Origin: the human T2T-CHM13v2.0 reference genome, Homo sapiens
Length of the DNA stretch: 64,000 nucleotides
Reading direction: 5' to 3' (one strand)
Assembly: GCF_009914755.1 (NCBI RefSeq)
Contig: NC_060936.1
Shown here: one piece after another, positions 1 to 13,711 of the stretch
Numbering within the stretch: position 1 is the first letter of the stretch
Layout of the letters: every line of letters begins with the position of its first letter
The notes under the pieces: model-generated
Told to the model about the DNA's origin: nothing
Databases searched by the model: none
The model's input: only the letters and a program-made list of their open reading frames with translations
Position numbers and translations under genes: made by a program

Positions 1-239
1 CTTGTTTGTTTTTAAATAGCTGGCACTACTCATCAGTAGTGGCTCAATGAATGCTATAAAATTTACATTTAGCTGAGCCATCAGTAAATTAGGCTTAGAA
101 ATTTAAGAGAATACCTCTGAATCGAGGACTCCAATAAGCTAGCTGTGTTTCTTCATTAAGGCAATGGAAATACTGTTTCTTCCAAAAGTGTAGCTGTCTC
201 CTTTTGATATGAAGTGAAAATACTGCTGGTGTGACTATG

Positions 240-790
240 TCATTTCATTTGGCTTAATGATGCCTGCTATGTTCTAGTTAATGAACTTAGACATCTTGCT
301 ACATGTTTATTGGCTGTGTTTATATTTTTCTATGAATTGTCTGTTTCCATTATTTGCCCACTTTTCTATTCAGCTGTTTCATACCTGCACTGCTTTGTTG
401 AAAATCTTTTTATATTATGTTTTCCAGCTTTTTGTTGCTTGTCATTTATGGCATCTTTCATGACAGGAAGTTCATAATTTCTATGTAGTCAAGTTTATCA
501 TTATACCCATATCCGGTCTGGGTTTGGTGCATTACCTCAAAACTATTCTTCTTACTCCAATATTATTATTTCTGCATGTATTCTTGTAAATATTGTAATG
601 TTTGAATCTTTAATCCATCTAGGATTTTTATATATGAAGATTAATAATTAAAATTGTTTTCTTCTATGAATAAAGTCAATATCCAAATAGCATTTATTTT
701 ATTATTCTTTCATCTCTCTCTGATTTAAAATGCCACTTTTTATATAAAAACTTAAAATATACTGAGATATATATTTTGGACTGTTCACCT
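240..790 (-). mobile_element. Ancient L1 (L1ME-like) 3' region fragment
   Basis: Diverged antisense L1 3' motifs such as 'catgtttattggctg..tttctatgaattgtctgtttcc..tttgcccacttttctatt' and 'ctttaatccatctagg'; boundaries approximate. Confidence 0.6.
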
Positions 791-1619
791 AAGTCTAAAA
801 AATTAATATAATGTGTTGACAGAACAGGAAAATAATTATGTGATGTTGTTTTGGAATAAATAGTAATTTTTGAAGATACTGCCTTGTAGTTTATAATGTC
901 ATTGCATTTCTCAGATCATGTTTAGATGTGCCTTTTAAACTTTTTCTTTATAATGTTACAGAATGATTATTAATAGAGTTTATATTAGAAAGAGATAGAA
1001 TGAAATTTAGTTTTCATAAGAAACCATTCAACAGTCAACATATATTTGATCTTAAAGCATCCAAATAACTTGGATCATCTTGTCGGTAAGGCAAACTGTT
1101 GCTTTATTCTATATTCACACTTACTGTATTGTCAGAAAACTCATGATGTAAGTGAGGTTAAAGATGATGAAGGACCCACATCTTCTTTATGGCAATTTTA
1201 TTTACCTTTATGTCAAGACCAAAAGCTACTAAAGCTATATAATTGACTCCTCAGTGTTAAATGAGGGAAATCTTGAATACTTCCTTTATTTAGTTACGGG
1301 CTAGAGAGGTTTCATTATCCACAAAGAGGTAACCTCTCTAACTACCAAATCATCTCATATGAAGCCCCTAAAATAAATCTTATGTTAATAACATTTTGAT
1401 ATTGGGGTCTGTTTCAAGCTTAATTACTGCTGTTTGGTTCTTGAGTTTAGCCTTCAGCCATATGTATTGAATGTAGTCATTCACGATTCAACATTGGATA
1501 CATTAACCACTCTAAAAAGATGGATCCTTGATTTATTTTCTTTTCAGGTAAACAGGGAATGCATACCCAGCACTCTTTGCCTAATTACCTCATTTGATTT
1601 TCACTACCTTCCAGCAAGT

Positions 1620-1770
1620 TAGATTTTATTATGTTCACTTCACTGATGAGAAAGCCATATTCAAAGAGATTAAGTGTTCCACTCAATGCCATAAACGAAT
1701 AGAGAAGAAATATGAAACTTGAAATCATATCTGTAAGATTCCAAAGTTCATGATCTCTCTGCTATACTGT
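1620..1770 (-). mobile_element. MIR SINE fragment
   Basis: 'tttcactgatgagaaagccatattcaaagagattaagtg..gattccaaagttcatgatctctctgctatact' resembles the antisense MIR core. Confidence 0.55.
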
Positions 1771-2439
1771 CATTCAAATTAATTTTAAGGGGCTAGCTGA
1801 AAAATGTAAATTGATAGCCCTAAGCAATAACTCTGCTGATTGAGTGAATGGTGGTGTAATGCTTATAGACCCAGGAGGCAAACATTCTGGTTACCAATAC
1901 TTGGCATTTGTATGACTTTAGGTCTCTGAGTCTGACATTATTAACCTGTAAAATGGAAGAAAAGACATGCTTTACCTCTTACATTAAATTATATAATTAA
2001 AAATTAATATATTTACTTATTTGTTGAATTCTACTATATACACAAAATAGTTTCAGAATGGTTACATAAATGGTTACAGGATTACAATGGTTACAAACTA
2101 AAAACAAATCTGCTAAGAGGAATTAGAGATTTGCCATTATTTTGTTTTTAAACTGAAAGGATGTGTTCAAAATACATACTCAACACTTACATCATTTCTC
2201 CCCACACTCTTTTCTTCAGGACAGTTATGTTATTAATTTGAATACAGCTTGGCTCCTTTGTTTCTGTTTATAGTCATTTCTGAATATATAAAAACCTGTC
2301 AGGGAAATATAACTCCCTTTCCTCTTTCTACCATTTCCACTCACTTGTTCTAGGGAAGCAATTTCTTTCGTTCTGATTTATACTTTCAATTCTATTTCTG
2401 AAAGTGAAAAAAAAAGAATAGATACATGTATATTTTCCT

Positions 2440-2830
2440 ACTTCCAACATCATTGCTTTAAAATATAAACTATGTCCTTCTCCTGCTTAAAGCCCTCCAG
2501 TGACTTCCTGTCACTCTTTTGAGAAACACAAACTTCCTATGTAATCCTCTATAATTTAAATCATCTGCCTTTGACTATCTGATTTCATCTTCTAGCATTC
2601 TACCCTTGGTCATTCCACTATACCTACTTGAATATACATATACTTTTTCTAACCTCATGGTCTTTGAACTTGCTAAACTCTGCTCATATGCTCTTCACGC
2701 AGTTCACCCTCTTATGTTATTGAGTTATCTGCCCAAATGTTGCCTTCCCAGAGCTGCCATCTCTGGGCCACCTATTATTATTCTCTGTACTTGCCTTGCT
2801 TTGGTTGTCTTCATAACATTGCATGATTGC
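2440..2830 (+). mobile_element. L2 LINE fragment
   Basis: 'ctcctgcttaaagccctccagtgacttcctgtcactc' is typical of the L2 3' region; boundaries approximate. Confidence 0.55.
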
Positions 2831-4584
2831 AAATTTTGCAATCATGTTTTCTCTTTTACTGCAATCTTTTCCTGATGTCATAATTTCCCTTTTGTCCCTG
2901 TCTTCCTTTAGTTTCATAGCAGCAATATACTCTGTGTCTTATTGAAAATAAAGGTTTTCTAACATCTTACTTTTTGTCTCGCAGAAACATCATTTCAAAG
3001 AATGGTTGCTTTTCATTCTTTAAACTGATTCTCTTATTTTGAATTACTGAAGTATTTCTCATCCTAGTGATTTTCTTCTATTTGAACATCTTTACAGTGG
3101 CCGATCTATGCATTCAGTGTTTATGAATTGAGACGAGTTCTCCAAAGTGTGTGTGCATCTATGGTAGAATCTTTTAGGGGGAGCTAAAGGAAGAAGAGAA
3201 ATTTTATTTATTGTGGCTTTACTTTGCCAGTTTGGACATCATGGTAGCCTATGAGATAGACTATGGAAGAAGTGCTCCATCTAAAGGCTTTCTCAGTAAG
3301 GAGCAAGACATCTTTGCTTAAGAAGGTCCTGTCAAATGTGTTGGGAACAGCCAGCTGTGCCACTTTCTCTGTAAGTTAAATGGTCCCCCTCATAGCAAGA
3401 CTATTACCCCATGAGTACGGAAAGCAAGGAGTAAGCATTTTTTAAGTTTTATTTTAAATTGGCACATAATGTGAGTGAACATATTTAAACATTCTTGAAC
3501 TTTTGTCTATGTTTTTCTCAGTCATATTAGTAAACTTGAAGTTATTCCTCAAATATATAACCACCTACAGTGTGGGCCATTTTCATCATATATCCCTGCA
3601 CTTCTGACAAAGGCGTTGTCAGAGTCTGCTTCACATACTGCAGGACTTCCTTGCTTGTACTTTTCACTTTTCTGGTTTACAGACTAAATAGACTTTCCTG
3701 TATTTTTCTATATCTCTCCTCAGTTCAGTGAGAATCTGGAGAAGAGGTGGCAATTAAAGACTGTATTCAAGTCATCATTGTTACTGAAAGTCACGTACTC
3801 TTTTAATTTTTAAATTATTTTAATGTCATATAAAAATAGACAAAATAGTATAATAAGCTCTAGACACTCACCTCTCAGTTGGTTTATGTAACAAATATAA
3901 CTTACCCAGTGATGGTATTTTTCTTCACTTAACATTTTACAAGACCAAGGCTTTTTTAGATCAATTTTCCCATACATTGTGATAAGGATGATATGTTACA
4001 TGGATCTTGATTTGTTTTTCACTTCCTATTCTAAGCATGTCAACATCTCAGAGCCAAGAGCTACCTTTATCAAATGAGCAGTCCTAGAAGAAAAGGAAAT
4101 CATCACCAGTGAGAAGAGTGTACAAATAATGAGCAGTAATCTTTGAAATGTTAGTGGAAACATGTCAGGTTGGGACATTCCATCTATTTTCCCTCTTGTC
4201 TTATGGCCTCCCGGCGCCCTAGAAGGCTGAGGGAAGGAAAAGAGATAAATTTTCAGGGAGAGCATTTTCCACAAATCCTACTTTGTTACCTTAAGTTTGC
4301 CCAATGCACCCAGGTCACAGGGCTGCCCCAATATGCAGATGTTGCAAATCCTTTCTTGGCCATTCCTTGGGGCTCCCTTACCTTACTAAAATTTCATTTT
4401 CCAGTCCTTCCTGATTCCTGACCCTTTTCTCTCCTTTTATGTTCTGGTCACAGACTCCTGGCTTTTGTAATAAAATTGATTTTCCAGGTTTTGATCTCTC
4501 TGTCTAAGTTCTTGGGACTTCCTCATCCTCTGGCTCCTGGTACCAGGTTCAAGCTGCTGCAATTTCATTTTTATTTCCAGTTTA

Positions 4585-4830
4585 GGCAGCAGAGTAGAGT
4601 ATGTAATGGCATAGACTATCAAACAAGAATGTGTGTGTTTGAAATCTGGCTTCACATTCTGTCAGTTAAGGGTCCTGGGCAAGTAACTTTGTTTCTCTAG
4701 TGTCCTCCTCTATAAAATAGGGATTATAATAATATGAACTTCAAAGGATTGTTCCAAGGAAGAAATAAGTTAATATTTGGAATATGCTTAGAATAGTGGC
4801 TGATATATGGTAATTGCCATAAACATTTTA
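4585..4830 (+). mobile_element. MIR SINE
   Basis: 'tttgaaatctggcttc..ctgggcaagtaactt..tcctcctctataaaatagggattataata..tgcttagaatagtggctg' MIR core and tail. Confidence 0.7.
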
Positions 4831-6268
4831 TTTTATAAGTGTAGAAAACAAAATAACCAATTAGCCCAGTCTAACTCCCACAAGTTGAGAAGCAAACTAG
4901 TATTTCTTTGCTTCTGTTTTCTAAAAGAAAGCCCTGGTGTTTAAAGCTAAATTATTTTCTGCTTTGGATTTACAATCTTCCAAACCAGAAGTTGGGGCAG
5001 CTGCTTCTCTCTGGATCTTTATGTCATACTTCCAGAAAGCCCAAAAGTTGGCACTCAACAGCAATAAATGAATGTTTCCAAAGTTTAGGGCTCTAATTAA
5101 TTCAAAACTGTTGCAAAACAACAAGGATTTTGCATTTAGAGAATATAAAATGTACAGACACATAGAAGATGGACACATCATAGGGTAAGTTTTCCTCAAG
5201 TGTACCTAAAAGCCAGGGCAATGGGCCTGTAAATCCAATGCAAGATGAATGAGATACCTGATTCCAAGTTTTAAGATGAACTCTACTGTTTCACAAAAGA
5301 AATTACTTTAAATGTACTTTTAGGTCACATGTCCTTATGCTTTTATTAAGTAGGAACATCCCAAAATATTTTTCACTTTTCTACCTCATTCTCGGATTCA
5401 TTTGTGGCTGAATTTCAGTTTCTCCCAATTTAGAATATCTTATTATGTCCAGATGCTGGAATCCTGTCTATCCAGATGATCCCTGGTTCCATGGCCAAGT
5501 TTCTGCTAGGGTCAAGTTGACATTTTGTTTTTCTTCCAAGTTCAGATATTATACAATGATTGGAAAAAAGCTTCCCATTTTTCAAATTAGGTTAATTAAC
5601 ATTTACCTATAAGTAATTCTCATTCTTTTAAAATTTTTATTAAATATTTAAATTCTGAAAATACTTATTCTCAATTGTCTTTGATGAGTTTCTATTTTGA
5701 ATTGAGATTATCTTAATCTTTTCAGTTATCACTGGAGACGAAAAAACATGTCTTTTGTGATTACTTTAGAAGGAACTGAGTTAATACAGGTTCTGTTTCC
5801 ATAAAAAGGAAGAAAACACAAGTTAATCAAAGATTCAGCATGAGTTCTGTATAACGGCAGTCAAATGTGTTATTACAAACTCTTTGTTATTAGTCAGCTA
5901 CAGGAAAGAGAGGGCAGAAAGAATAAGAAACTCAAATCTGACCTTTTGGAAATAACTTTTATCCAGATGAACTCCAAAGTGTAGATGTATGCCAGTGAAA
6001 AAAGGTTACAATAAATTCTTCCAAAATTTACCAAACAGACTCATTTGACCCGGTGGTGCAATAAATATTGGGACTTGCTTACTTGATGTCCAAACAATCA
6101 ACAATATTCTGTTTAGCGCACAATAAGTAGATTTGTTAAATAATAAGTCTTTAAAATTTTTATGCATGTGTTTTTTTTTTTCATGCAGGAATTCATTTGA
6201 ATCAAAACAGCTGTTAAACTCTTTTGCCATAAATGGGTTAACTTCCCTCACTCCCAATCCACCTAGGA

Positions 6269-6485
6269 CAATGGTTCTCAAGTGAGAGCAATTTTGCCCC
6301 CTCAGGGACCTTTGGCAACATTTGCACAGATTTTTGGTTTTTACTACTGGAAATAATTGTAACTACTGTCATCCACTGAGTAGAGAACAGAGATGCTGAT
6401 AAACATCCTACAATCCACAGGATACCCTCCCACAACAAAGACATCTCACCCCAGATGGCAATAGTGCCAAAGTTGAGAAACCCTA
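6269..6485 (+). mobile_element. MER20-like hAT-Charlie DNA transposon
   Basis: Inverted termini 'caatggttctcaa' and 'gttgagaaaccct'; internal 'gatgctgataaacatcctacaatccacagg' matches recalled MER20. Confidence 0.8.
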
Positions 6486-8099
6486 AATTACATGGTTTAA
6501 AATATAGATAGTCAAAAAAAAAGGTTATTCATAACCAAGAACTCATGTCATTTCAAGGAAGTTGGAGAAACTTCCCTTACCCTTCAACAATAAAATGAAA
6601 CTGACAGAAATTTCAAAATTCCTTTCTAGAAATATAATGTATGTAACCATAGATGTGTTTTCCTTTTAATCTCCCCTTAGTTTACCTGATGTGGGTAAGA
6701 TTTGCATTTGTGGGGGAGAAAGTGTTGTCGTTGTTGTAATGTGTTTGAAGCGTTTTGTAATCTGTAGAAATCTATATAGACATAAGGAGATATTGTAAAG
6801 ATAAAAGCTCAGGGCATCCTTGAAGAGTTCTTTGTTGTCTGATGCTGTTGCTGACTTTGTACAACCACCACTCCTGGATATTTTATTTAACCTATAGGTC
6901 ATTCCCTTTGAGCGCAATCTTGCAATCTTTATCCCTACTCCTTTCCCCTACCTCTTTCTTGTGGTGTTTTCAGCACAAAGAATATTGAGGTAGTTTCAGT
7001 ATTGAGCCCTGCTTTCCTGAAATGTCAAAGGTTGGTTTTCATATTCTATACAAATTAGGAAAATCCAGTTGTTCTTCTGTAAAAATTTTTCCTGCAGACT
7101 TACTTCCTGGCAGCTGGCAGAGCAGACAGTCACTGTGGCTTCAATCTGATCAAGTTTTTTAAAGGACTTCAGTACCACCCAATTGTCTCTGGGCCTCTGG
7201 ATAATGATTTATTATTATGGGAATACTTCTCATTGCTTGCACTAGGAGCTTTCACAAATAGCTTCCTTAGTTCCAGATACAGTTGGAAGATCAATTGGAG
7301 GAGCAAATGCTCTAGAAGGTCTGAACCTTTGCTTTACTGATGAGAGAAGTCAGAGGATGTATAATCATCACAGCCAGAAACAGACATCTTTAATGTTTGA
7401 AAACAGGAACATTTTAAAGACGACCCTGCAACCTGTAGAAAGCTGGTAATTATGTAATTGAATCAATTATATCAAATGTTTTATAAGTTCCAATAAAATC
7501 TTCATAGAAATTTTGTCATTCCAATATTCTAATAGAAAGCATCGTATCTTGATAATACCAAGAGAAATGATCAGAACTCACATGTTAACATCGGCTGCCA
7601 AAGTGGCATTGTGATATGGTGGTCTGACATGAGATGCTCATTGTTCTATGATGTTCTATGAAGGCATACTTCTCTAGGCTACTGTTGAATCTTACACAGC
7701 TGAGGATGGAAATGGAGAAACAGCTGTTAGAAACTGTAACTGAAGGAAATGAAAATGTAAAGCACCTGATGAGGATGCTGTGGCATAACCTGACTTCGTG
7801 TTTAGATGGTAATTAGTACCAGCCTAAAGAAGGGGGAGCCAATGCCACGCCAGTAACCTTCTGGGCCATGGTTGTTCACTGATGAAGGATTTGTCTTCCT
7901 TACATTTTCCTTTCTTTTTCATTTAGCAAAAACTTCCCCAAATCTTACTATTCACATTCACGCTTACCTCCTTTCCTCAAATCTCAGAAAAAGCAGTGGC
8001 ATTTCTCTTTTCAATACAAGTTCTCCACTTGTGCTTTTAATCCCATTTCTTTCAGCCACCTCCAGGGCCTTATTCGAGTTATTTTTTGATCTCTATTTT

Positions 8100-10140
8100 C
8101 TTTTGTTTTCATTTTCCCTTCTATTGAAATATAATGACATATAGTAAAGCATACAATTCAATTGTAAGTGTACAACTTTATATTTTTATATATGTATACT
8201 CATGTAATCAACACATTATTCACATTTATACATACACACTGTATATATGAATATATATGTGGCTACTATTAGTACTAACTACCAGCTGCTAACTACTCCT
8301 ACTAACTACTGTCCTGACCTCTATTACCATAGATCATTTTGCTTGCTTTATAATTTCCGATAAATGGAATCATTGCTAATCTTATATCTGAGACAATCAA
8401 TTATGCTGTGCTGTCCATTCTTTTCAATGCTCTGCATAACTGCATTGTATGAATAGATCATGATTTATTTATCCATCCTACTGTTGATGGGCATGGGGTT
8501 GTTTCCAGCATGAGAGTTGTATAAGTAATGTTGTCATGAACATTATAATACAATTTTTTAGTGAATGCATTCAACTCATTTCTTTCACAAGTCTACTCAG
8601 ACTAGAATCAAAGGGCTATGGGATATACATAGGTCTATCTTTGGTGGATACATACTAAACAGTTTTTTAAAGTGTTTGTGACATTTTTTATTCCTACTAG
8701 TACTGTATGAGTTCTAATCACTTTGCCTGCTTTTTATCCTTTGGTGTTATCTCTTCTTCATTTTAGCCACTCCGGTGAAAAATAATGGTAATTCATTGTG
8801 TTTTTAATTTGCATTTCCCTGATAATGTATAATGTTGCTTAGTAACCTTTTATATACTTTTTGGCTGTCTAGATCCTCTTTTATTAAGTGACTATTCGAG
8901 TCTTTTGGTCATTTTTTAAAAATCTAGATTGTTAATCTTTTTCTTCTAATATATCTTAGTAGCTTTTGGAATTAAGTTTGTGTCAGATACGTGTATTGGG
9001 AAAATCAGTCTGTAGCTTACATTTTCATGTTCTTTATTTTATCTTTTTAGAAACAGCAAGTACTTATTTTAAATAAAGTCCAATTTATCAAACTTTTACT
9101 TTATGAATAGCAATTTTATATCCTTTTTAAGAAATCTTTATCTACCCCATCATAAAGATATTCTCCTATGTTAACTGCTAGAAATTATTCTCTTTTGTTA
9201 ACGCCTATGTTAACTGCTAGTATACTTCTGCTTTTCTCATTTAAATCTATAATATCTTTTCAACTACTTTTACTTATGTTATAAAGTAGGGGGTCATAAT
9301 TCAGTTTTGAATATGGTTATACAATTGAGCCAATCAATAGATATTAAAAAACCATTTGTTAAAAAAAATGAGCCTTATGTCACCGAACTACATTGGTACC
9401 CTAGTTATATATCAGATGAGTATGTGTACTTAGTCTGGTTCTGGAAGCTCTCCTCCTGTTCTGTTGGTATAACTGTTTATCTTTGAATAAATCCTACTCT
9501 ACCTTAAATACTTTAGCTTTATAATAATTTGTGATATATGATAATGTAAATCATCCAGTGTTGCTGTTCTTAAAGATTATCTTGAATATTCTAGGCCTTT
9601 GGTTTCTATACAAATTTTAGATTCAGCATTTCAGTTTATACACATATTGCACTGAATATATATCGAACTGGGGAGAGCTAGCCTTTTTAAACCATTTTAA
9701 AACCATTTAAACCATTTTAAACTTAAACTATTTTAAACATAAAACTCATTTTAAACCATTGAGTCTACTAATATATGAATACGAATCTTTCCCCATTTTT
9801 TTAGATCTTTTTTGGTTTCTCCCAACAATAATATATAGGTTTCTGGCAGAGGTCATGCACTTTTTTTGTTTAAAAAATTTCTGGAAATTTGATGTTTTGT
9901 TGTCTTATAAATAACATTGGTTTTAAAACTTAGTTTTCAAATTATTTATGTTGAGTGACTAAAATACATTTGATTTTTAACATTAAGTTTTTGGCTTTTT
10001 CTAAGAAAAGCATACATTTTCAAGTACAATCATGTCTTCTTATGAGATAACAGTGTTAGTTCTTAATTTTTGGTTTTTATAAATTTATTGATTTTCATTT
10101 TTCTTACTGTACTGGTTAGAACCTTCACTACCATTTATCA
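8100..10140 (-). mobile_element. Ancient L1 (L1MC/L1ME-like) 3' UTR and ORF2 end
   Basis: Antisense L1 motifs 'tttatttatccatcctactgttgatgggcat', 'ttttaatttgcatttccctgat', 'gaaatctttatctacccc'. Confidence 0.75.
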
Positions 10141-10778
10141 TTTGTCAAAGTTAGACTCTTGCCTCTCCCAACAGACACTAGGAGACAGGGGCCTTATCTT
10201 CAGGTGCAGGCTAGTAACACACAGTAAATTCTTCTGGCAGTCTTGAGCGTTCCCAGCAGGCATTTTAAAGAAGTGGGGTCATCCCTGGGAAAAAATCTTA
10301 ATCTGCAAGAAGCCATGTTAGAGTTTGGTTAAGGAGAGACTCTTTGCCACTTCTTATAAGAACTGTGCTGTACCTGCTACTATCTTCACTTCCCAATTTT
10401 TTTTCTTAACCAAATACAATGATTATATTATATAATATGGTCTAGATTTCTGTTTTCCATTCAAATAATTTTTGTTGTGATTTTCAAAACAAAATAGATA
10501 TATCCTTGTTTTAAGACTTTTCTGCAGATTTTGCCTTTTGGCTATCACATCCTTCTTGAAATTCTCTTCTCCCTTGCCTACAGAAAGACCACTTTATTCT
10601 TCTAGCTCTTCAAGTATTTCTTTTATTCTTCCCTTGGTCATGTCTCTGCCTCTTGACAATCCTTAAAAACTAGTGTTTACTTGGTTGGACCCTCTGTACT
10701 TACTAAACTGATCACTATACTGTAGCCTGGAATTTTCCTAAATTTTAATGTTTAATTCCTCCTGTATTTCAGACATAT

Positions 10779-11245
10779 TGAGGCAGGAGAATAGGGTCTG
10801 GAGGTGGGAAACCTAAGGCTGATTCATGCTGACTGCCTAGAACTGAATCAAAAAGAAAATCCCACCTCTCCACACAGAAATAAAAAGGGATTAAAGACTA
10901 CTCCCTTTGCACTGCATTGCAGAAGCAAAATAGAAAGTACCTCTGATTGGTACCCTCCTGCAACTAATCAGGCAAGTCATGGTCCTAGTCTTCATTTACA
11001 TAGGGTGTAACTAAGTAACCAATGGGAAGCGGCTAGAGGGGTATTTAAACCCCCCAAAATTCTGTAACCAGCACTTTAGAGCCGCTTGCTCGAGCCTGCT
11101 CCCATTCTGTGGATTGTACTTTGGTTTCGGTAAATCTGTGCTTTCGTTGCTTCATTCTTTTGTTGCTTTGTGCATTTTGTCCAATTCTTAGTTCAAAATG
11201 CCAAGAATCTGGACGAGTCCTAGTCAAGACCCTCCACTGGTAACA
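10779..11245 (+). mobile_element. Solo LTR, ERV1 class (MER51-like)
   Basis: TG...CA termini (tgaggcaggagaatagggtctgg ... ccactggtaaca); perfect 4-bp TSD 'atat' at 10775-10778 and 11246-11249; CCAAT and TATA-like 'tatttaaa' motifs. Confidence 0.85.
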
Positions 11246-12969
11246 ATATTTCAGCCATCTGGTGAAGATCTTCTAGCTGGGTGGATCCCTGTAAGAATGT
11301 AATTGACAACAACCAAGTTTAATGCTGCTATGTCTGCGTAATTAGCGTATATCCTTCTTAGAAGGCTTTACTCTTTTCCTTCAGTCAATTCATGCCTTAA
11401 CTCATTATTTAGCATTCTAAATTAAACTTAAATATTATCTCTTGTGAGAAACCTTCCCCAAACCTTTGAGGATTATTCTATCTTTTCTTATCATAAAACT
11501 TTTTTCTCTAGCAATTATGTAACTTATTATAGTTATTAAAATTATTGACTCTATTTTTGCCCCAATAAAACATTTGTGATAGCTTGTCTTTATTTAACAT
11601 ATCTCTTTAAGAACAGGGTTCCAGCATAGGATGTTGAATTAGACTAGAATTTCCTTCCAACTCCACAGGTATTAGGACTTTGTTAGTTCATTTTCTATCT
11701 TTGAACCTAATTAAGTGTCATGCATTTGGAAGATGATCAATGCGGTATTTTCCATGAATGGTCACTAAGTGGCTTGTGAAAAACAGAAGGTATGCAATCT
11801 TGTCTTCTCTTACCACTGTCTTGCCTGATGGTTACAATTCTGGAATACAGAAAAGCAGAAGAAGCTTGGTGCAGACGTCCTTAACATCCCTTGAGACTCT
11901 CATAGAGAAGGGTTAGCTAAGTATAGGCTGGAGCTACAGAGATTATCCATTCTTCTCAAGAATCTGGTTTTCAGATGGATGACTGACACCTTTTGTAAAA
12001 GATAGGGACATTTTGTATATATTTGGAGAACTGACACATTTTTAAGTCTCTAGCTTTGATACATTTCTAAATTGAGCTTGTCTTCATTTAATATGCCACT
12101 CTTAAAACAGTATTCAAGTATTGAGTGTTGAAATACACTAGCATTTTCTCTCAGCTCTAAAATTTGCATTTCATTCATAAGGTATCAACAAATAAAATAA
12201 GTGCATTCATCTCTTCATGAATGAACCAGTTAACGAGTTAGTAATTTTGGTAATTTGCAGGTGTTTGCTGTTTTAAGTTCCATCTCTGTTTCAATTTTAA
12301 CATCACCTAGATTTTTCTTTTTTTCAGAAATCTTGTTAGTATCATGACAATTTCAAAGTTCTTTGTTGTTAGGTTTTTAAGAATAGTGTTCCATACCCCT
12401 AATATTTTTAGATCAAAAATTTTATTCTTCGAAGTCTACCAACATCTCATTTCTAGAACTTTCTCTAACTACTGTCTTGACCTCATCTCCATTCTGGAGT
12501 TAATAACTAAATATTTTCTTTGCTCTCCATCATTCCACATCTTCCTTCTTACATGAGCTTTGTCTCTCTTCTTGTCTTCAAAACCTTTTGTGGCTCATAC
12601 CCTGGATAGAAAATGCATCCTTTTTAAAAAAAATTTTGGATCAAATCATATTTGTTTCCACTTCATTTTGTTACAGGCTTTCTTCTTTCTTGTCATCATT
12701 GTGACCTACTCATCCAGCAAACATATTAACATGTCTACTATCAATATTTATATTTTACAACTTTATCTACAAGAGAAAAACTTATAAATAATACTATTTT
12801 CTCTATAGCACATGAATTTGAAAAGTAAAAAGAATAGTTTTGAAAGTCATATATCCTCCAAATCTCTTACAATTTGAAAAATAAGTTATTAATAAAGTAA
12901 AGCACTTTAAATACTTTCAGGAATGAAGTGGGATTAAAATATTAAAATGACAAAACAGAACTATTGCTA

Positions 12970-13170
12970 TAATAATGCCTAATGTCTATGAAGTGATTAA
13001 AATGTGCCACAAACTATGTTAAATGACCCAAAGGCATTATTTCATGTAGTCTTCAGAACAACTTTTTGAAGTTTGAACTTCTATTATTTCCGTTTTACAG
13101 ATGAGGCTACTGAGGTTTAGAAAAATTAAAGAATGTGTCCAAGATCCTACAGCATGTAGAAGGAAAAGCT
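12970..13170 (-). mobile_element. MIR SINE
   Basis: 'cgttttacagatgaggctactgaggtttagaaaaattaaagaatgtgtccaag' antisense MIR core. Confidence 0.7.
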
Positions 13171-13649
13171 ACAGGCCTATAATCTTCCTCATGATGTGAC
13201 TCTTGCCTATTTTTCCAGGTAGACAAATGGGAAATTCAAACACATTGGAGATAGCAATAGTGATACTGAATGAAGATGAAACTATCACTAACAGTTTTTA
13301 CTGTATCATTTTCCATTATTTGGCTGTCATTTGAAACAAGAATGTCCTAGTATTTTTTAAGCTAGGTCTAGTCCCCATTTTTCTTAGTTTTCCTTAGAAG
13401 AAAGTGGACAGTCTATCAAATAAAGTGTCCTGAAAATGACCTCAAGATATATACTCATCAAAAGAACAGCCTGCCACCTCAACAAGAAAATAACGGACCC
13501 TCTGCAAAAGGCCAGCTTGTAGGAGAATACTTGGGTATTTGGGAAACAACTTCAGGTAAAAGGAAAGAAATTACTTAATGTAATGTAAAATGACACTCCC
13601 ACATTATGTAAATTCACCCTTAGCTTATTTTTTAAAAAGAATTCTGTAC

Positions 13650-13711
13650 AACTTTACTCAGAAAATATTTTATGTTAAACTTTACTCAGAAAATATTTTA
13701 TGTTAAACTTT
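13650..13711. repeat. Perfect 28-bp tandem duplication
   Basis: aactttactcagaaaatattttatgtta twice, followed by aacttt. Confidence 0.95.

Noticed and set aside
1302-1340. 10-bp inverted repeat tagagaggtt/aacctctcta
   Set aside because: Short arms with a 19-nt spacer; plausible by chance in 64 kb.
7246-7448. Open frame of ~67 codons between possible splice sites (VPDTVGRSIGGANALEG...)
   Set aside because: Weak pyrimidine tract and donor, unrecognised peptide, and a length expected by chance.
9165-9760. 17-bp direct repeat (9165/9204) and degenerate (ttttaaacca)n run (~9685-9760)
   Set aside because: Local slippage within an old L1; no sign of function.
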